NCBI GenBank assembly: GCA_032718475.1
Contig: JAUCBJ010001340.1
Coordinates: 1 to 64,000 of the forward strand
Source of the DNA: Nemertoderma westbladi
Taxonomy: Eukaryota > Animalia > Xenacoelomorpha
Direction of reading: 5' to 3'
DNA: 64,000 nt
Part shown: in pieces, positions 1-9,687 of the stretch
Numbering within the stretch: the first letter of the stretch is position 1
Layout of the letters: each line of letters opens with the position of its first letter
The notes under the pieces: model-generated
Seen by the model: only the letters and a program-made list of their open reading frames with translations
What the model was told of the DNA's origin: nothing
Database searches by the model: none
Program-made: the position numbers and the translations under genes

Positions 1-32
1 ACACGGGGTCGAACCCGAGACCTCCCAGGTAG
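1..32 (-). repeat. tRNA-derived (SINE-like) fragment with Pol III B box, intronic to SPAG16
   Basis: Minus strand reads CTACCTGGGAGGTCTCGGGTTCGACCCCGTGT, containing GGTTCGAnnC (T-arm/B box). No full cloverleaf is visible. Confidence 0.35.
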
Positions 33-185
33 AATCAAAGTAAGTGACAACCATTTACAAGCCAAACTATGAGTAGCGGATGCCAAACTACACGATTTAA
101 CAAATTATGAAGAAAAATAGTTAAAACGGGGATATAAGCAATATATTAATGATGTTAAGTCAGTCAGACGAAATAAGGTTGTTTG

Positions 186-215
186 GGAGAGGTCCGAGGT
201 TCGAATCCAGGTCCC
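186..215 (+). repeat. tRNA-derived (SINE-like) fragment with Pol III B box
   Basis: GAGAGGTCCGAGGTTCGAATCCAGGTCC contains the canonical B box GGTTCGAATCC. It resembles the 1-32 fragment in inverted orientation. Confidence 0.35.
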
Positions 216-228
216 AACGTTAACTCAC

Positions 229-498
229 CTTCCTAACATCCCATAACCTCATCACCCCAAAGGCGTCGCAGCTCGCCACAGTGTCCCCTCTGGCGTTGAA
301 TGCGGCGTGATTAATGGCGTGTTGGTGACCGTAGAATGTCTGACTCGGCCTCCCGGTTCGGGCGTCCCAAAGGGAAACGGTTTTATCAGCGGATGACGTT
401 ATCAGCGCGTTCGAATGACTCAGGAATTCCACGGAATTCACCGAATCGGCGTGGCCACGAAGAGTCGAACGGCACCGACTGCTTCCCAAATCCCAAAT
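229..498 (-). CDS. SPAG16: SPAG16/PF20 exon 3 (WD40 repeats); gene continues beyond the left edge
   Basis: Acceptor TTTATAG|ATTTGG at 499/498 gives IWDLGSSRCRSTLRGHADSVNSVEF...SSADKTVSLWD...GHQHAINH...LWDVRK. Donor AAG|GTGAGT at 229/228. Confidence 0.88.
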
Positions 499-867
499 CT
501 ATAAACGGAAAATAATCCCTTAGCAAATACGATGCATTGATAGGCCCGGATATTAAATGCCAACCAAATTATAATGGGGTAATTCAACGCGACATCTAAA
601 AACAATGATGCTATACATAAAATTTATCCAAAATTTATGTTTTTAAGAAGTTTCTAACTACAGTATGTGGGGCGAGCCACGAAGTGAGAGAAGCTTTAGC
701 ATGGGGTACCATTAATGAGTTGTCTGTCGTCGCCTAATTTCTGATCGCTAATAACTCGGTAATTCCTTGATTAAATTAAACCAAACTTGGTACGTATGCA
801 GTCTCGCGTTGCGCGAACGCACCACGAACGTGTAATATATTGTAATATACTATTATATCAATATGAC

Positions 868-1678
868 CTTTACAGTTGAGTCCATGCTACAGGTTGCCAT
901 GAACAACCCGTTGCTATGCCAACTGACTCCCCAAACAGGTTGTTGGTGCTCGGCGAAGGTTGCCACGCAACGTCCCTGCTGGAAGTCCCAGACCTTAGTG
1001 GTTCGGTCGCCGCTGGTTGTGGCCAATCGTCTGCCGTCCGGGTGGAAGTCGCAGCCCGACAGCCAATCAGAGTGGCCCTCGCCCGTCATGACGCAATCCC
1101 CGTCGGGCAGGGACCACATCTTCCACTTCCGGTCGTCGGAAACCGTGACTAACAGCGGCCTGTCTGGGTGCAGGGCCACGGCGCTGACGGAGAGCGCGTG
1201 GGCGTCCTGCACGGTGTGAGTGAGTCGGAAGCCCCCCGAGCGGGTCAGATGGCGGGCGGGGCCCTTGGCGTTGGGGCGTCCCAGCAGCGGGTTGACCCCG
1301 AGGTCCCCCGGCCAGACGGAGTCCCCGGATGCAACTCGGGGTCCCTTCACCGCCACGTCCTCGGGGTCGCCTAGCAACCCGACCGGGCGTTGGCCGCGCA
1401 ACGCCGCCAGCCGACCCTGCGTGGGGCCTGTAACCCCTGGCGATGAGTCGGCCTCCTCCCGGACCGACTGTATGGTCTGCAGTGTCTGGGCCAGTCCCGT
1501 CGCCTGTCCCACCGCTCTGTCCCGCTCCAATCTGGACAACATTTTCTCCTTCATTGCGACCTCGTACTTATGCTGTAAGGAGGCGAGCGCTGGCTCGAAC
1601 CCGCTGTAATGTAGCTTCAGTCGTCTGATATCGTCGACTAGTTTCGATTTCTCCTGCACAACCCTTCTATGGTGCATT
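868..1678 (-). CDS. SPAG16: SPAG16/PF20 exon 2 (coiled coil and first WD40 repeats)
   Basis: Acceptor TTTTACAG|A at 1679/1678 completes the Arg codon begun in exon 1. MHHRRVVQEK...AMKEKML..LERD is the conserved SPAG16 coiled coil, followed by GH...WD repeats. Donor AAG|GTCATA at 868/867 joins in frame to IWD. Confidence 0.9.
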
Positions 1679-2085
1679 CTGTAAAATTAAGTTATGATAT
1701 CTAAACTGAGATTTCGCTCTATTAATTGTAGGCCTACAGACCTTGCCCCGGAATATAGTGTCGTAATTCAGTGACATGCAACCCTCCCTCGAGTTTTCTT
1801 AATAAGATTGCATGAAATTTGAAACAGAGATAGTTTCACCTCCCTTATCCTTCCATTTTTTAGCTACAAACGTTTAAAAAATAGTGTCTCCATCGATATT
1901 GCACCAGTGTTGCACCGCAGTTATGTATGTATCATTTGCTTCCGCTACACACAGGCTAATTATTTATTCTACTTCTATGTTCTGTAACATTTAATAACTT
2001 TTTTTTAAAATAATTATAGCTGACAACAGGTCACGTTTAAAAAAATATCTATAAAAATATTTTTAAATAAAATAATTGTTCCTAC

Positions 2086-2600
2086 CTATGGTAATCGCGT
2101 TCCTTCCTCAGCCGTATATAGGTGTTCCGAGCTTTCCCTGCGGCATCTTTGAATTTCTGCAACTCGATTCTCAGGACTTTGACTTCGTTATCAAGTTTTT
2201 GATTCTTCGCGTAGATATCCGGCACTATGGATACGTCTTGCGCGCTGAGAAGCCCTTTCTGCTGGAGTTCGTACCACTCGGTCTGGAAGCTGTTCAGAGT
2301 GCGCCACATTCCCATTCGAACGAGGAAGTTCCGCAGAAAGTCGTCCACAACTTCCGGACGCGTCGTGACACTAGAGGTGACGAGTGAGGCCTTCCGGGTC
2401 CCCAGCTGGATGTCCTCGGTGGCCTCACGGAGAGTTCGGACAGCAGTGTCCAGGTCCTCGTCTCCGGACGCCTCCAACTCCTGTTCCAAAACCGGAACCT
2501 CTCCGTAATCGAACTCATCTTCTGAGTCCTCGTCGATAGACACTTGATCCAGTGTGTAGAGTTCTTGTTCGTCCGGTTCCGATCCTAGTAGATCCGCCAT
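2086..2600 (-). CDS. SPAG16: SPAG16/PF20 exon 1 (acidic N-terminus, LisH-like segment)
   Basis: ATG at 2600. Motifs RPEVVDDFLRNFLVRMGM..TL..FQTEWYE and LRKERDYHR are characteristic of SPAG16. Donor AG|GTAGG at 2086/2085. Confidence 0.9.
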
Positions 2601-2739
2601 TTCGAGTTGTGTTTACTTTTAAGGAGGCCTATCTAGTAATGGAATACCGCGTATTTAACTGATACCGGGTACTGTTCTGCTGTCAGCATGTGCAATCTCC
2701 GTGCCAGTAATACCACTTAAAATATGGATTGTTTATTCC

Positions 2740-2752
2740 GTTACCTAGTAAC
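2740..2752. promoter_or_regulatory. RFX X-box upstream of SPAG16
   Basis: GTTACCTAGTAAC matches GTNRCC-N(0-3)-RGYAAC and lies 140 bp upstream of the ATG of a ciliary gene, the usual position for RFX control of axonemal genes. Confidence 0.7.
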
Positions 2753-3852
2753 ATAACTTTCTTTGATAATGATTTGTTTTTATTGGTTAACTGGCAAGTA
2801 TTTATTTATATTACTACTACACACTGCAGTGTGGTGGGGGGTGTTTGGACGTGTGTGTGGCCCGTTGCGTTGGGATATTATATTCTTCCATGCAATCTCA
2901 AAAGTTTAGTGCGGTTAAGGGGACCAATACCCCAAATATATTTATTATATTTATAAAGCTACTTTTCAATTGTATACATTTTCAGGCTCTTTTATATGTA
3001 AAATATCTCATGTTTAAGATATCTAATACCATCTGGGTCCAAGTACTCGGTCCAAGAGTTTGGCACTAGAAATGTTGGGAATCTTTTATGAAAATTCCAG
3101 CATCAAATTACATATTTTGAAAAAATAATGTGGGTTTTAGTATGTATGGACTATAATTTGAGGATCTTATACTTTGAGAAAAACAAAGAGTAGCAGTTAC
3201 AAAATCGGAGAACTTTCAAATGTCCATGTTTTACAAAACCAATATTCAGGATTGTAGCCCTAAAGTTGCTGATTGTTTTGGCATAATATGTTTGATGAAA
3301 AAATTTAGTGAATTTAGTTATGAAAAATGTTAAATTCGACAAACTGAGAAAAAGTCATGAATATTAGCCATAAATACTACTATTGTTCTTGTTCACACAA
3401 ATATTATCTGCATGGAAAAATGGAAAAATTGACTTTTTGAAAAAATATAAAAAAATAAAAAATTTTGTTTCAAAGATTTCAAATTTTCAAATTTCAAATG
3501 GTGCTGTTTTGTGGTGAAAAAATCACTCGATGGTGAAAACCGATGTCACCACATGAAATCCCTTCTATCAAACTATAACGAATGAATGAGTTTTGTGGTC
3601 TTAAAATCATTAAAGGCACTACTGGGTGTTAGGAGAACGACTCCGAACAATTTAGGTTTTATTTGAAAGTAATATGCCGAGTATGGAAGCACTGGTTTCC
3701 GAAAGTAGAAACAGATTTGTTAGAGGAGTAGGTAACCTCCCTTCAGATGTCCTTTTAAGTATGACTTGTACTGAATTTAATCAAAGGGTCTTCTGTGTAA
3801 AAAAAAGTTAATGTCTTTGTCAGTATTAAACTGAAATAATGATGCATGTTGT

Positions 3853-4956
3853 CAGGCCCGTAGGCCTATCGTGCGGGGGGCTTTGGGGGCACTGCCCCCC
3901 AGACAAGTTCCACTGCCCCCCCCCCCCCAGACATGTCTAGTTCACTCGTCTTGTTCTGTTCACAATTAATTAACTTGTCTTATTCACAATTAATTAATAA
4001 TAATATTTTTGTTGTTGACCCCAGTGATCAATATTATTGGATACACATTTATACACTTATAATATAATAGGATACACACTTTTACACACTAACCGGACTC
4101 CTCACCATCCCATTTTGGTCCAATTATATAATACTACATGACATTAACCTACCTACCTGTAATTACTAAAAAATACCCGAAAGCTCCAGGTTCTCTCATT
4201 GGCTACCAGGGGTTGTTTGTTGTTGACCCATTGTCTATAATTTGGGAGCCAGCTTGCAGCTAAAAGGCTAGGCGCCGAGGGTTGCTTGCGCTGGTATCCA
4301 TTTAATTTGTTGTAACTTAACCTTAACCATATTATACCTGAAGTGTGTCCTTCGCGCAGCACGTCACATAAACTTATGTAAGTGTTAACTCGAAAGAAAT
4401 ATAAGCAAAATCTAAGCAGATGTCCCTTGATCACTTTACAACTAGAGGCAGTCTGGAAAACTGCAGTCGATTTAAGATATCAGAAAAAGTTTAAATGTCA
4501 CAGTAATGGTCTAGTTTCCGCTTAAACGGATTATTAGCAAAGAAATGGCAGGACATTTAATGCTTAGACAAGTAGCCATCTAGCAGGAGACTGTTGAACT
4601 GTTGGTGTCAAATGTCGCTAAATAATGTCAAGTTTTGGACATATTTATGCCCTACAAATTTTCAATTCGACAGCTTTAAATCTGACAAAGTTATTTGAAT
4701 GTTACGTTAATGAAATCGTTACGTCAACAACTATTTGCCATTATTTACATACTCATTAACAGTGTCAGTTCGCCAAGGCTCCGCCAACTTCGTGGCTCGC
4801 CCCACACACCTTTCAACAATATTAATAGTACTTTATGTACTAAATTAACTCTCACTTTGTTGTATGCTCCCCAAATCCCAGTTATGGGTTTGCCCCTCAG
4901 ATTTGGCCTCTGCCCCCCCCCCCCCCCCAGATATTATGATCACCATACGGGCCCTG
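3853..4956. mobile_element. Non-autonomous hAT-like DNA transposon (about 1.1 kb)
   Basis: Imperfect TIRs CAGGCCCGTA (3853) and TACGGGCCCTG (ending 4956). Flanks ATGTTGTC (3846-3853) and ATGTCGTC (4957-4964) form a 7/8-identical 8-bp TSD. TGCCCCC...AGA motifs occur near both ends. No transposase ORF. Confidence 0.6.
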
Positions 4957-5869
4957 ATGTCGTCTAGAAAGCCGAGAACAACAAATTAAAAATCTATAAA
5001 TTCTTCAACCTCAGTCTCAATGTGAACAAAGTTTACAGTTCTGGAATTCCAGATATACTTCTGATTAGCTATACCCGCTTGCGTTTATCATCGTAGAGTC
5101 TCTGGGTAGAAACTGGTCGATGGTTTGGGGACATCGATTGTGCAACTGTCCTACCGGTGGTGACCAATATGGACTTCATGCAATGAGCGTTATGTGACTA
5201 CACCGAGGACATCCGTTCGATATGGTTTCAGTTTCAACAAATATATCAGACGAATTTGAGAAAATGATTCGGCACTGCTAGGTGGCGCTGAAACTTTATG
5301 GACATTTACAGGTTTGTTATAAATAATATTAAATTTGATTAAGTAAAAAGTTGTCGGATACATTTAAGCACAGTTTAATAGGGAGACAGTCAAAGAAATT
5401 GAATTGCTAAAAAAATGTAGTACGGTTGTGAATGGGAAGGAAATGGGAGAACTCGAAAACTAGAAGAACTATTGATATGCGGTTTTCAGATTAGGAAACT
5501 AAGTAGATGTAGAATCGTGTATTATAATAGATCATAAAACCAATTTAATGATTTTTTTGAACCAAAATGCTGTTCTAACCCCCAACCCCTCCCCATTATT
5601 ATAACTTCAAAAATACAATTTATAATAAATTATAATTTATTATTAATTAATTGGTACTAAATTAAATATGGTATACAATAGGTATAAATTAATATTCTAA
5701 AAGACCACTGGGTAGGTCGACCTTCCTTTATCAGTATCATTTGTTGGTTCCTACAACATTGTTGCATAAGTGAGGCCTATTAGTACCGGTAGTAAAACGA
5801 TACACTTTATATAGTAACAACTATTACAAAATAAAATGTTATTTATTATTAAAACGAATCCTAATATAA

Positions 5870-5875
5870 TTTATT
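5870..5875 (-). terminator. Candidate original poly(A) signal of the PRDM9-like gene
   Basis: AATAAA on the minus strand about 53 bp past the original stop (5928); a second one lies at 5842-5847. The region is AT-rich, so support is weak. Confidence 0.35.
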
Positions 5876-5927
5876 TAGTCTATTCTTCCTTGTGGGAAAG
5901 ACTTTCCTTCCCTCAATAAACAACAGT

Positions 5928-6026
5928 TTACTGATTCTTCGCCATGTGCTGGTTACGTTTATGGGTCGATAGACTTGATGTTTGGGAGAATGCTTTACCG
6001 CAAGTATCACAGATGTAGGGTTTATC
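5928..6026 (-). pseudogene. Displaced last zinc finger and original stop of the PRDM9-like gene
   Basis: Minus strand translates DKPYICDTCGKAFSQTSSLSTHKRNQHMAKNQ*. It continues the HTGD linker interrupted at 10974 and is too short to appear in the ORF track. Confidence 0.9.
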
Positions 6027-6027
6027 T

Positions 6028-6047
6028 GGTATTGGTATTGGTATTGG
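6028..6047 (-). repeat. LINE 3' microsatellite tail (CCAATA)n
   Basis: Plus strand GGTATT x3 then GG, directly against the TSD. Short tandem 3' tails are typical of CR1/L2-group elements. Confidence 0.8.
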
Positions 6048-6262
6048 TTTAATGGTGCTCAAAGTATAACATTAAAAGGAACATTAAAATAACACAATTA
6101 TTAAATAACAACAAACATTACATAAGGAACAATAAGGAACATAAGGAACAATATCAAAACTGAAACTGAAGTTATGTTATTATAAATTTGACGCTATAAA
6201 AATGTTATTATGTATTATAGTTATTACTCAATCAGAATGCTTATAATAAATACATTGCGCAC

Positions 6263-6308
6263 CGGGGATAGCCCCTTAAGGCGAGCCTTGTTTCCGAGAG
6301 GGTCCCCG
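6263..6308 (-). other. LINE 3'UTR stem-loop (candidate RT recognition element)
   Basis: Minus strand CGGGGA-CCC-TCTCGGAAAC-AAGGC-TC-GCCTT-AA-GGG-GCTA-TCCCCG: nested complementary arms with a GGAAAnAAG core, set in an otherwise very AT-rich UTR. Confidence 0.6.
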
Positions 6309-6753
6309 TGGTTAGTTCAATGGGTAAATTATACAGTATAATAAAGATTCGGCGTCATGTATAAAACAATAAAAAAATAAATAAATGAGGTTTCAGGTGC
6401 ATGAATAATTAAAATATTACATTCTTTAGAACTATGATAAGTATTAAAAAAAAAAAAAAAGAATAGTTTATTAATATTTACATTAATGCATAAAATTTTT
6501 AAAAAGCCATCCTCATGTGCGTACGTAGATTAAAATATTTGGTAAAATTAACCATTGAAGTGTAGTAGCTTCAGTAAAAATTAAAATCAGTATTTCTCCC
6601 CTTAAATATCTCTTGCAAAATAAAAAATGGGGATGCTTTGTACAAAAATTAAAACTTGTTATGATTAGTTATTTTAGAGTTTTGAGATGTAATAGTTCAT
6701 TAATAGTATAAAAAAAATTAAACGCTAATAATTAGTAAAAAGTATAATTAAAA

Positions 6754-9687
6754 TCAGTGTATTCTATTCCAGATCGCTGGGCCCTTATAGTCAAAGGAGA
6801 GCTGGCCAAATGCGGTGTTTTTCTGTGGGATGACCGCTTTAGTTTGGGGGGCGCGCGTGTCACGTGTGGATGAGGAGAAGTCCACCATTTCCTGTATATA
6901 GCTCGGGGTGACGTTATGGTGAGTTTTGTACATGATAGTTGCCAGGTTTTGTTTAATTCGTAGTTTAATGGGTAGCCAGTTAATTTCTCGAAAGTGTGAA
7001 TTGTCGATGTGGGTGCGATTGTCCAGTCCCAGGCAATACCGGATACATTTCCGTTGTAGGGCCTCCAGTTTGTTTCTCCATAGGATACTAATAGATTGGA
7101 ACCACACTGGTGATGCATAGTCCATTAGTGGTTGTATTAATGCATTGCATAGTAGGCGGCGTGTATTGTAGTCTAGTACACCGGCAAATCGCCACAGGAA
7201 CTTTAACCGAGAGTTGCCTTTCTTTATTATTGTTGCAACCATCGATTCACTGTTTAGAGTTTTATCTAATTTGCAACCGAGGTAGTTGACCGAGTCCCTG
7301 TTCGCTATTGCTTTCCCATTGCATGTCACATTTAGTGGTTCGTTTATGGCTAAACGTTGTGCTGTTCCAAATAGGATACTTTCGGTTTTACCTAAATGGA
7401 GAGTTAGGCGGTTGTCTATGAGCCATGCTTGGGTGCATTCTAGATTCCGTGTTAGTGATTCCGATATGGTTCTTGAGTCTGAGCCAGGGACTAAGTGCGA
7501 TATGTCGTCTGCGAACATCGGGGTGGGGCAATCAACGGCTTGGTCCGAGTCATTGGTGTGTGAGAGGAAAAGTAGGATCGCTAAGAGAGTTCCTTGTGGT
7601 AAACCGTCATCCAGCGTGCGTTGATCTGAGTCAACCCCCTGTATGGTTACAACTTGGGATCTGCTTGATAGATAGGATTCAAGCCACGCTATTGCTTTGT
7701 TGTCAAAGCCCATGTATTTCAGTTTCATCAATAGTATGTTGCGATTCACCGTATCATAAGCTTTCTTGAGGTCTATTAACACCATCCCTGTTAACTGGCC
7801 ACCATCTGCTGCTGATCGGATGACAGTGTCTATAAATATCAAGCATGTTTCCGTTGAATAGCCTTTACGAAAGGCACTTTGAAGTGCAGATATGATAGAG
7901 TTTGATATCAAGTAATGGTACATCTGATCGTAGATTACTTTTTCTATAATCTTGGAGAGAATAGGTAGTAGAGACACTGGTCTGAAGTTTTCACGTTGAG
8001 TTTGTGTGCCCCTTTTATAGATTGGTGCCACTTTGGCTAGTTTCATAGCTGAGGGAAATTTACATGTTGTTATGGAGATATTTATAATGTGAGTAATTGC
8101 TTTTGTCAGCTCAGTGGAACAGTCCTTATATATTTTTGCTGGTATACCATCAATGCCGGGACTTTTATCGGGATTAAGGTCGCATAAGATACGAGAAACC
8201 ACATCCTCTTCAGTTTGTTTTAGAGTAAAGCTATCTTTAGTTATTCCCTTAGATTCATAGTATCTGGCAACTGCAGCCTCACCAAAGCGACCTGTAGGTG
8301 GCGGTAATTGGGTTTCCAATTCATTAGCAACACCAGTGAAGTATTCGTTAAACGCATCAGCTATTTGTCTAGGGTCAGAAACTAGTTCGGTTCCATTATT
8401 GATTGTAAGTGGTCCATTTGATTGGCCTTTCTTTGATGGTAAGCCGAGGTTTTTGAGGGTCTTCCATAATTGTTTAGAGTTAGTTCTGTTCTCCTTAATT
8501 TGTTCTCGTATGTATGTCTGTTTAGTTTCCTTTATGAGTTTGGTGGTGTCATTCCTGATTCTCTTGTAATTTGTTTCATTTTCTTCAGTGCGATATTTTC
8601 TTGCTGTGGTTAAGGCTTTATTCCTCATAGTTATAGTGTGTAGAAGATTTGGAGTTAGCCAGGGTTCGGTATGAGTTTTGATTCTGATATCCCGTTTCGG
8701 TGCTATAGTGTTGAGGATATTTAAAATCTCAGAGTTTAGAATGTCCACGGCCTCATCCACGTCATTTATATTGCCAATGTTATTAATTTTACTATTGTTC
8801 ACAATCATTTCCTTTAGTTTTGGTATGGAGTAGTCTCTGTATGTTCTAGCTCGGATTATTTTTGGTATGTATTTATGGTTTTTAATTTTCTTCCTGGTGA
8901 CATATACGATGTAATGATCACTAATGCCGACTTCTATTACTCCAGATGCTGTAACTTTATTTTCCAGTGCTGAAGTATAAATGTGATCGATAATGGTAGA
9001 AGATATCTCAGTAACACGGGTGGGGTCCTTGATTATTTGTTTAAGTCCAGTAGAGGCACAGAATGAGTCAACTATGTTTTTATTGCTTCGGTCATTACTA
9101 GATATGTCTGCATTGACGTCTCCAAGGATATAAATTTCTTTATGGTTAGATACCGTTCCAATAAAAGATTCTAAGGATTTGAAGAATTGAGTTATAGATG
9201 ACTCTGGAGGTCGATATACCGATCCAATGAGGATTTCTTTGGTGTAGGGCATAATGAGAGTTCCAAATACCCCTTCAATATCCATTTGATTCAGTGAAAT
9301 GCAGGCATTAAATACCAAATCGTCTCTAGTATATATTGCAACCCCTCCCCATCCATTCTCATTTCTATCCTTCCTGGTAATTTTATACCCTATGATTTCG
9401 ACTTCTTTGTCAGATACTGAGTCATCCAACCACGTTTCAGATACAGTTAGTATGTGTATTCGAGTATATAGTAGGATCAGTTTCAGTTCTGTTAGTTTTG
9501 GTAATAAACTTCTAACATTGAGGTGTAGCATGTGTATTCCTGGTTTTTCGAATATGGGAGTCCATGGGTATATCAGGGTGCCGGTGCTTGGAGGGGGTGA
9601 ATTTTGGTGTATGTCGTCAGTTGAGATTGACGGATTGTGATTTTGCTCTGTAGTTTGGTTATGAGTTTGGGTTTGAATGTTAGGTAG
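6754..9687 (-). CDS. LINE ORF2: apurinic endonuclease plus reverse transcriptase (open from 9687; first ATG at 9531)
   Basis: APE motifs HLNVRSL, SETWL, GGVAIY, VYRPP, GDVN, IDH, SDH. RT motifs KSPGIDGI, NFRPVSLL, QSAFR, DLKKAYD, GLPQG, FADD, YLG. No internal stops or frameshifts. Confidence 0.95.
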   Translation of the reverse strand, partial: LPNIQTQTHNQTTEQNHNPSISTDDIHQNSPPPSTGTLIYPWTPIFEKPGIHMLHLNVRSLLPKLTELKLILLYTRIHILTVSETWLDDSVSDKEVEIIGYKITRKDRNENGWGGVAIYTRDDLVFNACISLNQMDIEGVFGTLIMPYTKEILIGSVYRPPESSITQFFKSLESFIGTVSNHKEIYILGDVNADISSNDRSNKNIVDSFCASTGLKQIIKDPTRVTEISSTIIDHIYTSALENKVTASGVIEVGISDHYIVYVTRKKIKNHKYIPKIIRARTYRDYSIPKLKEMIVNNSKINNIGNINDVDEAVDILNSEILNILNTIAPKRDIRIKTHTEPWLTPNLLHTITMRNKALTTARKYRTEENETNYKRIRNDTTKLIKETKQTYIREQIKENRTNSKQLWKTLKNLGLPSKKGQSNGPLTINNGTELVSDPRQIADAFNEYFTGVANELETQLPPPTGRFGEAAVARYYESKGITKDSFTLKQTEEDVVSRILCDLNPDKSPGIDGIPAKIYKDCSTELTKAITHIINISITTCKFPSAMKLAKVAPIYKRGTQTQRENFRPVSLLPILSKIIEKVIYDQMYHYLISNSIISALQSAFRKGYSTETCLIFIDTVIRSAADGGQLTGMVLIDLKKAYDTVNRNILLMKLKYMGFDNKAIAWLESYLSSRSQVVTIQGVDSDQRTLDDGLPQGTLLAILLFLSHTNDSDQAVDCPTPMFADDISHLVPGSDSRTISESLTRNLECTQAWLIDNRLTLHLGKTESILFGTAQRLAINEPLNVTCNGKAIANRDSVNYLGCKLDKTLNSESMVATIIKKGNSRLKFLWRFAGVLDYNTRRLLCNALIQPLMDYASPVWFQSISILWRNKLEALQRKCIRYCLGLDNRTHIDNSHFREINWLPIKLRIKQNLATIMYKTHHNVTPSYIQEMVDFSSSTRDTRAPQTKAVIPQKNTAFGQLSFDYKGPAIWNRIH

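Noticed and set aside
1-215. Functional tRNA genes
   Set aside because: Only B-box/T-arm-like pieces are present; no A box, anticodon arm or acceptor stem could be built.
863-2518. Plus-strand and alternate-frame ORFs overlapping SPAG16
   Set aside because: These are shadows of GC-rich coding exons with no recognisable motifs.
3609-3760. Possible TTAA-flanked Kolobok-like MITE (TTAAAGGCAC...GTCCTTTTAA)
   Set aside because: The terminal inverted match is too weak to support without other copies.
2729-4967. Short AT-rich intergenic ORFs (also 13206-15624)
   Set aside because: Low-complexity F/I/L/K-rich translations, many with non-ATG starts, and no domains; none resembles a KRAB exon.
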